Source: Eubacteriales bacterium
Lineage (GTDB): Bacteria; Bacillota; Clostridia; Oscillospirales; CAG-382
DNA length: 33,423 nt
Reading direction: 5' to 3'
Assembly: GCA_045636665.1 (NCBI GenBank)
Contig: JAZTXY010000085.1
Location: 1 to 33,423 of the forward strand
Of the stretch, positions 1 through 9,639 are shown piece after piece. Numbering within the stretch: the first letter of the stretch is position 1; the number at the start of each line of letters is the position of its first letter. The notes under the pieces were generated by a model that saw only the letters and a program-made list of their open reading frames with translations, was not told where the DNA came from and made no database searches. Position numbers and translations under genes: made by a program.

Positions 1-1404
1 GATTTCACCTCGATCGGTGAAGAAACCGTTCGTCTTCTTGACGAGCTCGGCAAGGACCTTGATATTACTATAACCTTTATGTCCCCGCGTGACCGTTTTT
101 ATGAAGCAAACGAGGATGATACCTCGGAAAAAGAGCATAACGGTCTTAAGCTCGAGGTAGTTATTCGCGACCTTGCGGAAAATTACCAAAAGCTTTATGA
201 CGGAAGCGGAAACCGCGGCAATATCGAGATCACCTATAAGGAAATGGACACCGATCCCGAATTTGAAAAGAAGATTCTCGAAGAAACCGCAACTCCTCTT
301 ACCTCCAACAGCGTTATCGTTGAAGGTAAATATCACAAGCGCGTGCTCGACCTTTCTTCCTTCTTAACCGTTAACGAAAACGGCGAATATTACGCGTTTA
401 ACGGTGAATACCGCTTCACCACCGCGATTTTGCAAAGCTCTATCACCGAACAGCAGGTGGTAACCTTTACCTATGGTAACGGCGAGCCTATTAATGAAGG
501 CGGCGATATCGCGCTCGATTCTCCTCTTCTCGGTCTTCTTTATGAATTTTCCTCCGCAGGCTATGATATTAAGACGGCAAACCTCGATATGGAGGAAATC
601 GACCCCAATACCGAAATTTTGATTACCTATGACCCTATCAGCGACCTTTCGACGACCGAAACCGATAAAATCGGCGATTTCCTTAAAAAACGTAACTCTT
701 ATATCGTTTTCGTCGATTCGCAAACCCAACAGCACGATAATCTTCAATCGATGCTCCGCGACAACTGGGGAATCGATTACAAGCCTCTTTATAAGGTTAC
801 CGATGAAGAGCACGGACTCGGCAACAGCATAAGCAACGTTAACTCGAAGCTGCCGACGGTTGCATCCGATTCGCAAAACCAAAGCGCGGCATATCAAATC
901 CGCAAGACCGTAAGCGATATCGAAGGCAATTTTACGGTTGCATTCCCCGAAAGCGTTGAATTGATTATCCGCGATGAAAATTCGCAGGACGGATTTACCG
1001 TTGAAACCGTTCTTTCCACCTATGATACCGCAAAATCGGCAACCGTTAACGAGGAAGGCACAAAGGGCGAAATGCCTCTTATGCTCCTCTCCACCAAATC
1101 CGGCTACGGCGAAAACAACGTTAACGAATATTCCTACGTAATGCTTGTCGGCAGTACCGAATTTGCGAATACTCAAAGCATTATCAAGTCCACCTATGGC
1201 AACAGACGTGTTATGCTTTCCGCGGCGCGTATCTTCAGCGCAAACCGCGTATCGCCCGATATCGATTACAAGCAATTCGCGTCTGCCGCGCTTGAAATAG
1301 AAACCGGAACGGCAGAAACCCTCACTTACCTTATCTGCACAATCGTTCCCGGCGCGATAATCATTTTGGGTCTGGTCGTATTCTTCAAGAGAAGACACCT
1401 GTAA
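1..1404 (+). CDS. GldG-family ABC-transporter auxiliary protein (5'-truncated by the window edge)
   Basis: The frame is open from base 1 (DFTSIGEETVRLLDELGKDLDITITFM...). It has FNGEY..TTAI, VTFTYGNGE, ILITYDPISDL and VMLVGS segments, and a C-terminal TM helix ending FFKRRHL, typical of GldG/ABC_transp_aux proteins. Confidence 0.75.
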   Translation, partial: DFTSIGEETVRLLDELGKDLDITITFMSPRDRFYEANEDDTSEKEHNGLKLEVVIRDLAENYQKLYDGSGNRGNIEITYKEMDTDPEFEKKILEETATPLTSNSVIVEGKYHKRVLDLSSFLTVNENGEYYAFNGEYRFTTAILQSSITEQQVVTFTYGNGEPINEGGDIALDSPLLGLLYEFSSAGYDIKTANLDMEEIDPNTEILITYDPISDLSTTETDKIGDFLKKRNSYIVFVDSQTQQHDNLQSMLRDNWGIDYKPLYKVTDEEHGLGNSISNVNSKLPTVASDSQNQSAAYQIRKTVSDIEGNFTVAFPESVELIIRDENSQDGFTVETVLSTYDTAKSATVNEEGTKGEMPLMLLSTKSGYGENNVNEYSYVMLVGSTEFANTQSIIKSTYGNRRVMLSAARIFSANRVSPDIDYKQFASAALEIETGTAETLTYLICTIVPGAIIILGLVVFFKRRHL

Positions 1405-1423
1405 TTCAAATTAATATCTTGTA

Positions 1424-1450
1424 TTCCGCGCGGTTTTTATCCGCGCGGAA
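1424..1450. other. Intergenic perfect 10-bp hairpin without a U-tract (possible mRNA stabiliser or processing site)
   Basis: TTCCGCGCGG-tttttat-CCGCGCGGAA. Confidence 0.5.
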
Positions 1451-1493
1451 CTTCGGTAAAAAGAGATTTATATTTTAATCAAGGATGTTTTAA

Positions 1494-3929
1494 ATGAAAA
1501 AACAGATTATTACAATTGCAAGCGTTGCGCTTGCGGCGTTAATTTTGTTTACTACCTATGTGGTTTTCTTCAAGGACGACGGTATCGAAGAAATCGGCGA
1601 CCCCTTTTATACCCTCACCGATGAAGTGAAAACCGCAATCGAGGGAGTCGAAAACGAAGCGACCATCACCTTAAAGGGCTATGACGGCGACGACGAGGGT
1701 TGGGAAATGATTTATCTTTTCGCCAACGCAATAATCGAAGCAAACGATTCCATCTCGCTCAACACCGTCGGCGGCGATAATAAGGTCGAGGTCAGCGCAA
1801 ACGGTCAAAGCAAGGAAATTGCTTATAACGATTTCTTCAAAACGCTTTACGACGGCACCCGTTACGGCTTTGACGGCGAAGCCTTGATAGTAAACGCAAT
1901 CCTTTCGCTTAACGGCAAGGAGGAAAAGAATATCTCGCTTCGCGCGTTTGAAGGCTATGATATTGACGGCGACGAGATTACCACCTCCGGCGCACCCTTC
2001 ATCTTCACCGCGCTGTCGAGAAGCCAAATCTCCTTCCTCACCGTAACCAACAGCCACGGCAAATATTCGATTTATAAAGACGGAAACGAATTTTATTTCG
2101 GCTCGTCGCGTGCGGTAAGCTACAACGATGAAATTTTTTCTCAGGTAACCACCGAATGCCGTTACCCCGTTGCAGTGGGCAAAATGGATATACCCGAGGG
2201 CAAGGATTGGAAGGCTTACGGTCTTGATGCCGAAAAGCCCGAAACCGCTTCCTACACCATAATGTCCGAGCCCGACAGCACTAACAGATATTTCCTCCAC
2301 ACCGTTTATATCGGCGCACTTTCCTCGTCGGGCGGATATTATTACGCTCGCTACGTCGGCGGATTGTTTGAGCCGACGGGCAAGGAGGGTGAAAGCGATA
2401 AGCTTGTCCACAATTTAAGCAAGGAAAAAATCTATTTTATCGCAAAGGATACCGTTGACTCGGCAATCGGTCTTCCCGAAACCGATATTATGAAGCCGAC
2501 GCTTGTAAACCCCATTTCCAACAGCGAACAGGTTCTTTCTATCGATAACATCCGAATCGACCTTTTCGGTGACGGCGTAAGCGCAATTGCGAAGCGTCAG
2601 TCCGATTTCAATCCCGCAAGCAACCTTGCGGCTGTCGATTCCTCGGCGCTTACAAAGGTAATCAGCGATAAGGTAAGCGCAACCGATTATTCGGGGTATG
2701 AAGGCGGCTGGATGAAGCATATCGACGTATTCGGCGCATTCACAAGCTCCGACGGAAAAGCGACTTATATCGATGCCGCACTCGCAAAGCAGAGCAAAAA
2801 CGGCGAATACAAAATCGTTTTCGGTATGCTCCGTGATGAATCAAAGGGCGCGTATTTGCCCGAAAAGATAACCTTTTCCAAGTCTTACGACGGAAATAAC
2901 TGGCACGAAATCGAAAACGGCGAGGTTTCGGTCGGTCATTCCGATGCATCTGTCGAAAAATACGAATTTTCCTTTACCGATGAAACTGTTGTAAAATATA
3001 TCCGTATCGGCTTTGACGTACCTCAAAAGCAAAACACCTACGTTATTTTTGACGAAATAAGAGTTTACGTCGACGGCGATACCGATGCTCAACCCTCAAG
3101 CGCGGTCGGCGGCACCTGGAAGCTCACCGCACCCACCGAATATATCCCCGAGGGCAGAAACTATCACTATCTCGATATGTCCAACTTCAACACCTTCGTT
3201 CAAACGATGGCGGCGCTTAACGGCGAAAAGGTTGTGGCGTGCGGATTTTCGAAGGATGGCGACGCATCCACCATCGATAAGGAAATTCTTAAGAAGTTCG
3301 GTCTTGATAACCCCGACAAGCATTTTGCGTTCGATTTTCAGGGTGTTACCACCGATATTTACGTTTCCAAGCCCAACGATGAGGGAAAATATTACCTCTA
3401 TTCAACCTTCACGGGCGAAATCGAGGGCGAAACAATCAACGCAACTCCCGACGTTATAGTTGAGGTGTCGAAGGAAACCGCGCCCTTCCTTGCTTGGGAT
3501 ATCGTTGAATATCTCGACCACTCGCTTGTTTCGATCTATATCGTCGATATTTCCAAAATGGAAATTGCGGCTGACGGCAAAAATTACGTGTTCGACCTTT
3601 CGCTTGATGCCGAAGGTCAGCTCGGCGAGGTTAAGTATGAAGGCAAAAATTACGACGTTAAGAGCTTCAAATATCTCTATCAGTCGATAATTTCCATCTA
3701 TTTGCAGGATGCATACGTTCCCAACGAAAACGAAACGAGCGAAGAATACCTGCGCGTTAAGATTTATACCGAAACCAACTCGCCCGAGCTTGTATTCTAC
3801 CGCGTTTCTTCCTCGAGATGCTACTTTACCATCGACGGTCAAGGCGGATATTACTGTCTTGTTGAAGACGTCAAGGAAGCACGCGACAGACTTTTCCAAT
3901 ACGTTAACGGCGAGATACTCACAAAATGA
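1494..3929 (+). CDS. Membrane-anchored DUF4340-type protein with a GldG-like N-terminal domain and an inserted discoidin/F5-8C-like domain
   Basis: N-terminal TM anchor; YGLD..P, FGLDNP and WKLTAP DUF4340-like motifs; LPEKITFSKSYDGNNW...KYIRI...FDEIRVY insert; position directly after a GldG-like gene. Confidence 0.6.
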   Translation: MKKQIITIASVALAALILFTTYVVFFKDDGIEEIGDPFYTLTDEVKTAIEGVENEATITLKGYDGDDEGWEMIYLFANAIIEANDSISLNTVGGDNKVEVSANGQSKEIAYNDFFKTLYDGTRYGFDGEALIVNAILSLNGKEEKNISLRAFEGYDIDGDEITTSGAPFIFTALSRSQISFLTVTNSHGKYSIYKDGNEFYFGSSRAVSYNDEIFSQVTTECRYPVAVGKMDIPEGKDWKAYGLDAEKPETASYTIMSEPDSTNRYFLHTVYIGALSSSGGYYYARYVGGLFEPTGKEGESDKLVHNLSKEKIYFIAKDTVDSAIGLPETDIMKPTLVNPISNSEQVLSIDNIRIDLFGDGVSAIAKRQSDFNPASNLAAVDSSALTKVISDKVSATDYSGYEGGWMKHIDVFGAFTSSDGKATYIDAALAKQSKNGEYKIVFGMLRDESKGAYLPEKITFSKSYDGNNWHEIENGEVSVGHSDASVEKYEFSFTDETVVKYIRIGFDVPQKQNTYVIFDEIRVYVDGDTDAQPSSAVGGTWKLTAPTEYIPEGRNYHYLDMSNFNTFVQTMAALNGEKVVACGFSKDGDASTIDKEILKKFGLDNPDKHFAFDFQGVTTDIYVSKPNDEGKYYLYSTFTGEIEGETINATPDVIVEVSKETAPFLAWDIVEYLDHSLVSIYIVDISKMEIAADGKNYVFDLSLDAEGQLGEVKYEGKNYDVKSFKYLYQSIISIYLQDAYVPNENETSEEYLRVKIYTETNSPELVFYRVSSSRCYFTIDGQGGYYCLVEDVKEARDRLFQYVNGEILTK

Positions 3930-4705
3930 AAAAATGCTTTATAAGCTGTCTGTTGGCGCTTTCGCTTCTTCTTTGCGGCTGCGCCGACAGCGGCAGTACA
4001 AACGGCGAGCTTTTGACCGAGCTTAATCAGGCGATCGAATCGGTCAATGCCGAAGCGCTCGTTTCGGGCGGATATATGATCGAAATAACCGTAAGCGGCG
4101 TTACTCTCTATTACGCAAAGGGCAATATTGCGTTTGACCGCATAAGCAACACCGCTTATAACGATTTCACCCAAGCCTATATGGGCAATTCCGTCGTTTC
4201 GCAAAACTACTTTGCAAACGGCAAGCTTGTTTCGGTCGAAAAGGGAAATGCCACCTCGTTTGACCGCACAGCCGAGCAGATAATGGGCAAATTCCCTTAT
4301 TCCAAGCTTTTAACGCTTCCCGAAAATATAAGCGGAGTTACCGAAAAAAGCAGCTCGGTCGGCAGAACCGTCGAGCTTGTCCGTACTGATACGGACGTTA
4401 TCTGCGACAGCGTCGTCGGCAAGGATATTTACACGCTCGTAAGCGTTATCAAAAAGCCCCAGCCCGATAAAACGCAATACAGCGACACGAACTGCATTTA
4501 CACCGTAAAGGACGGCCGCGTTGTCGGTTGCCGTTACGAGTTTACGGTAAAGCTTTTCGACACACCCGCTTACGTTCCCGGATACAGCGTACCCGAATCG
4601 GAATATACGGTTGACCTTGCGGTCGTCGCAAAGGTAAATTACGAAGACTTTGGAGAAGGCGTGACGGTTTCGGAGTATTCCCAAACCGAAAGCGAAGAAA
4701 ATTAA
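3926..4705 (+). CDS. Lipoprotein of unknown function
   Basis: MKK, hydrophobic stretch, lipobox LCGC; ATGA overlap with the upstream gene. Confidence 0.75.
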   Translation: MKKCFISCLLALSLLLCGCADSGSTNGELLTELNQAIESVNAEALVSGGYMIEITVSGVTLYYAKGNIAFDRISNTAYNDFTQAYMGNSVVSQNYFANGKLVSVEKGNATSFDRTAEQIMGKFPYSKLLTLPENISGVTEKSSSVGRTVELVRTDTDVICDSVVGKDIYTLVSVIKKPQPDKTQYSDTNCIYTVKDGRVVGCRYEFTVKLFDTPAYVPGYSVPESEYTVDLAVVAKVNYEDFGEGVTVSEYSQTESEEN

Positions 4706-4716
4706 CAAATTTTCTA

Positions 4717-4745
4717 TTGACAAAGTAAAAAATTTGCAGTATATT
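4717..4745 (+). promoter_or_regulatory. sigma-A promoter for the TPP riboswitch-thiT transcript
   Basis: TTGACA (4717-4722), 17 bp, TATATT (4740-4745). Confidence 0.8.
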
Positions 4746-4790
4746 GTTTGCAAAGCAAGAGCTCTGCTTAAAATTTAAAAATTAAATCAA

Positions 4791-4872
4791 GTTACGGGGT
4801 GCTGAGTGCGAAAGCATTCGGCTGAGAATATACCCGAGGAACCTGATGCGGATAATGCCGCCGTAGGGAGAG
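4791..4872 (+). ncRNA. TPP riboswitch aptamer
   Basis: GGGGTGC...GCTGAGA...TACCC...AACCTGAT.CGGATAATGCCG.CGTAGGGA conserved core, upstream of a thiamine transporter. Confidence 0.95.
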
Positions 4873-4904
4873 TATGCAAAAGCATACAAACTTTAAGGTA
4901 CATT

Positions 4905-4940
4905 GTCCCAAAATTTAACGATTTTGGGACTTTGATATTT
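4905..4940 (+). terminator. Expression-platform terminator of the TPP riboswitch
   Basis: GTCCCAAAAT-ttaacg-ATTTTGGGAC followed by TTTGATATTT. Confidence 0.7.
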
Positions 4941-4985
4941 TATGCGTTTGGCGTTTTTCGTAAAGGTTTCAAGAAAGGAAAGATT

Positions 4986-5561
4986 ATGAAAAATACCAAA
5001 AACCAAAAAACAGTTTACAATATCTGCGAAGCGGCTTTGATGATTGCATTGGCGGTCGTTTTCAGTCTTCTTCGCTTTCCGCCGTTCCGTATCGACCTTT
5101 GGGCAAACGGCGGAAGTATAGATTTCGTTATGATTCCCATAATAATCTTGGGTTGGCGCCGCGGTCCGATGTGGGCAATCGCATCGGGACTTGTTTTGGG
5201 ACTGCTTGAATGTCTTATCGGCGGCGGTATCGGTTGGGGACTTCCCTCGATATTGCTCGATTACGTTCTTGCCTATGGAATGGTCGGTCTTGCAGGCTTC
5301 TTCCGCAACAAAAGGTGGGGACTTTTCGCAGGCACGGCGGTCGCATCGCTTGCGCGCTTTGCAATCCACTTTATTTCGGGCGTAACGATTTACAAGCTCG
5401 CAATAGGCGATAACGTAGAGCTGTTCGGAGCGACCTTCGGCGGCGATACGGCTTATCTTTATTCATTAATATATAACGGCAGCTATATGCTCGGTAATAT
5501 GGTGATTGCGCTTTTGGTTGCGCTTTTGCTCACAAAGCCCCTGCAAAAATTGCCGAAGTAA
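4986..5561 (+). CDS. thiT: ECF thiamine transporter S component ThiT
   Basis: NGGSI..MIPI, SILLDYVLAY, RFAIHFISG and YSLIYNGSYM motifs; ATG at 4986 after AAGAAAGGA; TPP riboswitch upstream. Confidence 0.92.
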   Translation: MKNTKNQKTVYNICEAALMIALAVVFSLLRFPPFRIDLWANGGSIDFVMIPIIILGWRRGPMWAIASGLVLGLLECLIGGGIGWGLPSILLDYVLAYGMVGLAGFFRNKRWGLFAGTAVASLARFAIHFISGVTIYKLAIGDNVELFGATFGGDTAYLYSLIYNGSYMLGNMVIALLVALLLTKPLQKLPK

Positions 5562-5584
5562 CAAATTTTTGAGGAGAATGTCAA

Positions 5585-6295
5585 TTGTACGGATATTTGC
5601 AGTATCTATTCTTTATGCTTCCCGCTATGATAATAGCGGTCGGCGCACAGCTTCTTGTAAAATCAAGATTCAATAAGTTTTCGAAAATGGCATCCGAAAA
5701 GGGCTTGACAGGCGCCGAAGCGGCAAGTCTGGTTCTGCGCGCAGGCGGTGTGAACAACGTCGCCGTCGGCAGAGTTTCGGGACATCTTACCGACCATTAC
5801 GATCCGAAAAGCAATTCTATCTCGCTTTCCGATTCTGTTTACGGAAGCAAAAGCATCGCCGCTATCGGCGTTGCCGCGCACGAGGCAGGTCACGCGTTGC
5901 AATATGCCTATAACTATGCTCCCATCCGCTTCCGTATGGCGATGGTTCCGATAACTCGCATCGGCTCGACGCTCGGCCCGATACTTATCGTGGTAGGCTG
6001 TATTATGACCTATGCCGCATCGGCGGTGAGCCACGAGCTCGGATTGGTGATTTATGCGGTAGGTCTTGCGCTCTTCTCGGCTGTTGCGGTGTTCCAGCTC
6101 GCAACGCTCCCTGTCGAGATTGATGCATCATCCCGCGCGATGGTCGCTTTGGAGCGTGTCGGCGCATTGAACGAAAACGAATTGCAGGGTGCAAAGAAGG
6201 TACTGACCGCCGCGGCTCTTACCTACGTTGCCGCGCTTATCACCTCGATTATGCAGATACTTTATTACCTATCGCGCTTCAAACCGAGAGATTAG
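5585..6295 (+). CDS. YugP-like membrane zinc metallopeptidase
   Basis: G.LTDHYDP, AAHEAGHALQ, TLPVEIDASSRA and AAALTYVA motifs; TTG start after GAGGAG. Confidence 0.9.
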   Translation: MYGYLQYLFFMLPAMIIAVGAQLLVKSRFNKFSKMASEKGLTGAEAASLVLRAGGVNNVAVGRVSGHLTDHYDPKSNSISLSDSVYGSKSIAAIGVAAHEAGHALQYAYNYAPIRFRMAMVPITRIGSTLGPILIVVGCIMTYAASAVSHELGLVIYAVGLALFSAVAVFQLATLPVEIDASSRAMVALERVGALNENELQGAKKVLTAAALTYVAALITSIMQILYYLSRFKPRD

Positions 6296-6377
6296 TACAA
6301 CCTGTTGGGCAGTGTTTGACGACGGCTATACAATATATTGAAATTGCTAAAAAAACGCCAAAAATGTGTAAAAACAC

Positions 6378-6406
6378 TTGATTTTTGGGAATTTATATGC
6401 TATAAT
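6378..6406 (+). promoter_or_regulatory. sigma-A promoter (extended -10) for rplS
   Basis: TTGATT, 17 bp, TATAAT preceded by TGc. Confidence 0.8.
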
Positions 6407-6419
6407 TGGTCGTTAAATT

Positions 6420-6452
6420 ACGGGTGGTCCTCTGCGGCTGCGCATGAACGCC
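6420..6452 (+). ncRNA. Putative L19 leader (rplS cis-regulatory RNA)
   Basis: GGGTGGTCCTCTG...ATGAACGCC between the promoter and the rplS RBS resembles the Firmicutes L19 leader as I recall it. Confidence 0.55.
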
Positions 6453-6476
6453 TTAGAAAAAATGGAGGTAAAAGCT

Positions 6477-6818
6477 TTGGATATTTTGAAAGCATTTACA
6501 AACGAGCAGCTTAAAAACGAAATCCCTGAATTCAACGTTGGTGATACCGTTAAGGTTTCGCAAAGAATCGTTGAAGGAACAAGAGTCAGAACTCAGATCT
6601 TTGAAGGCACCGTTATCGCAAGAAAGAACGGCGGTATTTCCGAAACCTTCACTGTAAGAAGAGTTTCCTACGGTGTTGGTACCGAAAAGACCTTCCCCAT
6701 CCACTCCCCGAACGTACAGGCAGTTGAAGTAGTACGCCGCGGTAAGGTTCGCCGTGCTAAACTTTACTACTTGCGTGATAAGGTTGGCAAGAACGCTAAG
6801 GTCAAGGAAAAAATCTAA
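6477..6818 (+). CDS. rplS: 50S ribosomal protein L19
   Basis: [32 protein letters not shown] and [12 protein letters not shown] motifs; likely TTG start at 6477 after GGAGGT. Confidence 0.97.
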   Translation: MDILKAFTNEQLKNEIPEFNVGDTVKVSQRIVEGTRVRTQIFEGTVIARKNGGISETFTVRRVSYGVGTEKTFPIHSPNVQAVEVVRRGKVRRAKLYYLRDKVGKNAKVKEKI

Positions 6819-6830
6819 AACGGCTCTTTG

Positions 6831-6865
6831 GTGTCTGCGTTTCTTCGCAGACACTTTTGCTTTTT
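6831..6865 (+). terminator. Intrinsic terminator after rplS
   Basis: GTGTCTGCG-tttctt-CGCAGACAC followed by TTTTGCTTTTT. Confidence 0.8.
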
Positions 6866-6905
6866 ACTCGCGTTCTTTACCGAAATACAGTTAGGAAAGA
6901 TTGAT

Positions 6906-7700
6906 ATGAACGATTTTGAAAATAAAAATCAAGATTTGTCGGACGCTCAAAACGAAAATATTGAATCGACAGATAACGAAACGGTATATATGAAGCTTGA
7001 CGGCGAGGCTTTGGAAAGCCAAGACAGTCAAGACAGTCAAGAAAGCCAAGAATCTGCCTATTCGGTATCGCATATCGAAGCCGAGGAATTATCGGACGAT
7101 ATGGAAGAAAAGCTGAAGACCCGCAAAAAACGTACCGCGTTGCAAACGGTGTACGATTATCTCGAGGTGTTTTGCTATGCACTCGCCACGATGATGGTTC
7201 TTTTCCTTTTCGTTTTCCGACTCGTTACCGTTGACGGCGATTCGATGAGAGCAACGCTTACCAACGGCGACAAGTTAATAATTTCAAACCTTTTCTATAC
7301 CCCCGAAACCGGCGATATCGTGGTAATAAACCCCGAAAATCACGGTGATGCCGATGAACCGATAATCAAGCGCGTTATCGCAACCGAGGGACAAACGGTA
7401 AGAATCGATTACGAAAAATGGGAGGTTTACGTTGACGGACAAAAGCTTCACGAGCCCTATATCGTCGAAATGATGGAGGTCGAAAAGAAGCGTTGGGGCA
7501 ATGATACCCCGATGGACGGCACAAACGTACCCAAATATAAGGAAGAATTTACGGTTGGCACAAACAAGGTGTTCGTTATGGGTGACAACCGAAACAACAG
7601 CAAGGACAGCCGAAGCCGCGAATACGGCGAAATGGGCGTTAACCGCATACTCGGAAAGGTTATTTTCCGATTAACGCCTAATTTCGGAACGGTAGATTAA
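6906..7700 (+). CDS. lepB: Signal peptidase I with an acidic N-terminal extension
   Basis: VDGDSM (catalytic Ser), IIKRVIA (catalytic Lys), FVMGDNRNNSKDSR; ATG at 6906 after AGGAAAG. Confidence 0.93.
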   Translation: MNDFENKNQDLSDAQNENIESTDNETVYMKLDGEALESQDSQDSQESQESAYSVSHIEAEELSDDMEEKLKTRKKRTALQTVYDYLEVFCYALATMMVLFLFVFRLVTVDGDSMRATLTNGDKLIISNLFYTPETGDIVVINPENHGDADEPIIKRVIATEGQTVRIDYEKWEVYVDGQKLHEPYIVEMMEVEKKRWGNDTPMDGTNVPKYKEEFTVGTNKVFVMGDNRNNSKDSRSREYGEMGVNRILGKVIFRLTPNFGTVD

Positions 7701-7758
7701 GCGCAACGGCAGACGAAAACAAATCGCCGCGCGGCGGTTAAATCCTAAGGAGAAAATA

Positions 7759-8607
7759 ATGGCAGATATAGTTTGGTATCCCGGACATATGGCAAAAGCG
7801 AAGCGCCTTATCAAGGAAGCGCTTCCCAATATTGATATGGTTATCGAGCTTTTGGATGCGCGTGCGCCGATTTCAAGCACGAATCCCGATTTCAAAAACC
7901 TTTTCTGCGGAAAGCCCACTCTTACTCTGTTAACCAAATGCTCGCTTGCCGACCCGAACGAAACCAAAAAATTCGAATCGCTCCTTCGTTCCTCCGGACG
8001 CGAGGTTATCGCAATCGACTGCAAAAACGGCAACGGCATAAAAAATATAAACGGCGGAATAAAATCGCTCATGCGCGAAAAGCTTGCGCGTGATGCGGCA
8101 AGGGGAATCAAGCGTCCCATCCGCGCAATGGTCGCAGGAATCACAAACGTCGGCAAATCGACGCTTATCAACACCTTAAGCGGCACAAAAAAGGCGGTCG
8201 CTCAGGACCGTCCGGGCGTAACAAGACACAATTCGCGCATTTCTATCCCCTCGTTGGGACTTGAATTGACCGACACCCCCGGTATTCTTTGGCATAAGTT
8301 TGACGACCAGCTTGTCGGCATCAAGCTTGCCTGCCTCGGCTCGATAAAGGACGATATTCTCGATACCTTGGAGCTTTCCTGCAGATTGATCGGTCTTATC
8401 CGTGAAAATTACGCAGAATGTCTTGTCAGCCGCTTTAATATCGAGCTTAATGACGAGGACACCGATTTTGAGGTGTTCGAAAAAATAGCGCGCCGCCGCG
8501 GATTTATCCGTTCGGGCGGTGTTATCGATGAAGACCGCGCGGCAAGTGTTATTCTTGATGAATTCCGCGCAGGCAAAATCGGCAGAATAACTTTGGATAG
8601 GGCGTGA
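7759..8607 (+). CDS. rbgA: Ribosome biogenesis GTPase RbgA/YlqF
   Basis: WYPGHMAKA, DARAP.SS.NP, G..NVGKST, PGVTR and DTPGILW motifs. Confidence 0.95.
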   Translation: MADIVWYPGHMAKAKRLIKEALPNIDMVIELLDARAPISSTNPDFKNLFCGKPTLTLLTKCSLADPNETKKFESLLRSSGREVIAIDCKNGNGIKNINGGIKSLMREKLARDAARGIKRPIRAMVAGITNVGKSTLINTLSGTKKAVAQDRPGVTRHNSRISIPSLGLELTDTPGILWHKFDDQLVGIKLACLGSIKDDILDTLELSCRLIGLIRENYAECLVSRFNIELNDEDTDFEVFEKIARRRGFIRSGGVIDEDRAASVILDEFRAGKIGRITLDRA

Positions 8608-8611
8608 AGCA

Positions 8612-9223
8612 ATGTCACTCGAATGGGCATACGAAATATCCTTCAGAGCTAACGGCGAAACCATCGTTTGCGGCTGTGACGAGGCGGGCAGAGGCCCTCT
8701 TGCAGGTCCCGTCGTTGCGGCGGCAGTCATTTTGCCCGACGGTCTTTATATCGAGGGGCTCGACGATTCGAAAAAGCTGACCGACAAAAAACGCGAGCGT
8801 CTTTATAACGTCATCCGCGAAAGCTGTATCGACTGTGCGGTCGGACACGCCGAGGTTTATGAAATAGAAAAGCGCAACATTCTTAACGCCTCGATGCTCG
8901 CAATGAACCGCGCCGTCGCAAAATTAAGAATAAAGCCCGAATTAGTCCTTGCCGACGGCAATATCGTGCGCGGCTTCCAAACACGCGCCGTGCCGGTTAT
9001 CAAAGGCGATGCGCTTTGCCCGTCTATCGCGGCGGCATCGGTTTTGGCAAAGGTAACGAGGGATAAATTGCTTGACGAATTGGAGCATAAATTTCCCGGC
9101 TACGGCTTGGGCAAGCATAAGGGCTATGCTACCAAAGCGCACCGCGAAGCGATTTTGTCCTTGGGTGTAAGCCCTGCCCATCGAATGAGCTTTTTAACCA
9201 AGCTGCTTGGTGATAAAAAATGA
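8612..9223 (+). CDS. rnhB: Ribonuclease HII
   Basis: G.DEAGRGPLAGPV, DSKKL, KGD..SIAAAS.LAKV and HKGY motifs. Confidence 0.96.
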   Translation: MSLEWAYEISFRANGETIVCGCDEAGRGPLAGPVVAAAVILPDGLYIEGLDDSKKLTDKKRERLYNVIRESCIDCAVGHAEVYEIEKRNILNASMLAMNRAVAKLRIKPELVLADGNIVRGFQTRAVPVIKGDALCPSIAAASVLAKVTRDKLLDELEHKFPGYGLGKHKGYATKAHREAILSLGVSPAHRMSFLTKLLGDKK

Positions 9224-9639
9224 AGCTTACTGCAAAGGAAATCGGCAATTTCGGTGAGGATATTGCCGAAAAATATCTTAAAAAACGCTTTTGGCGGATA
9301 ATTTCGCGCAATTTCAAGGCACGCGGCGGCGAGATAGATATTATCGCTTACCGATTTGGCGTTTTGGCGTTTGTCGAGGTAAAAACAAGAACAAACGAGC
9401 TTTACGGCAAGCCGAGCGATGCGGTCGACGGCGAAAAGCTCTACCGCATACGTAATGCGGCGCGGCAGTTTCAGGAAATCTATCACGTCGGAAGCAAAAT
9501 CGAGCTGACGAATTTATTCGGTGTCGAAGCAAGGAAGAAAATATACAAAAAACGAATCGACGTTATCGAAATTTATTTGTCCAAGAACAAACAAATCGAA
9601 AAAATAAACCATATCAAGGACTGGGAAAAACAGCTATGA
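9220..9639 (+). CDS. yraN: YraN-family (UPF0102) PD-(D/E)xK protein
   Basis: G..GE..A..YL, GEIDIIA, FVEVKTR and RIDVIEI motifs. Confidence 0.9.
   Translation: MKLTAKEIGNFGEDIAEKYLKKRFWRIISRNFKARGGEIDIIAYRFGVLAFVEVKTRTNELYGKPSDAVDGEKLYRIRNAARQFQEIYHVGSKIELTNLFGVEARKKIYKKRIDVIEIYLSKNKQIEKINHIKDWEKQL

Noticed and set aside
4806..4985. N-terminal extension of the thiT ORF (similar extensions for rplS, lepB, deoD, nrdR, iorA)
   Set aside because: The extensions run through riboswitch, terminator, repeat or upstream-gene sequence; downstream starts have RBSs and match family N-termini.
7017..7056. 9-bp repeat encoding SQDSQDSQESQES in lepB
   Set aside because: Ordinary in-frame low-complexity expansion in a probably disordered N-terminal tail.
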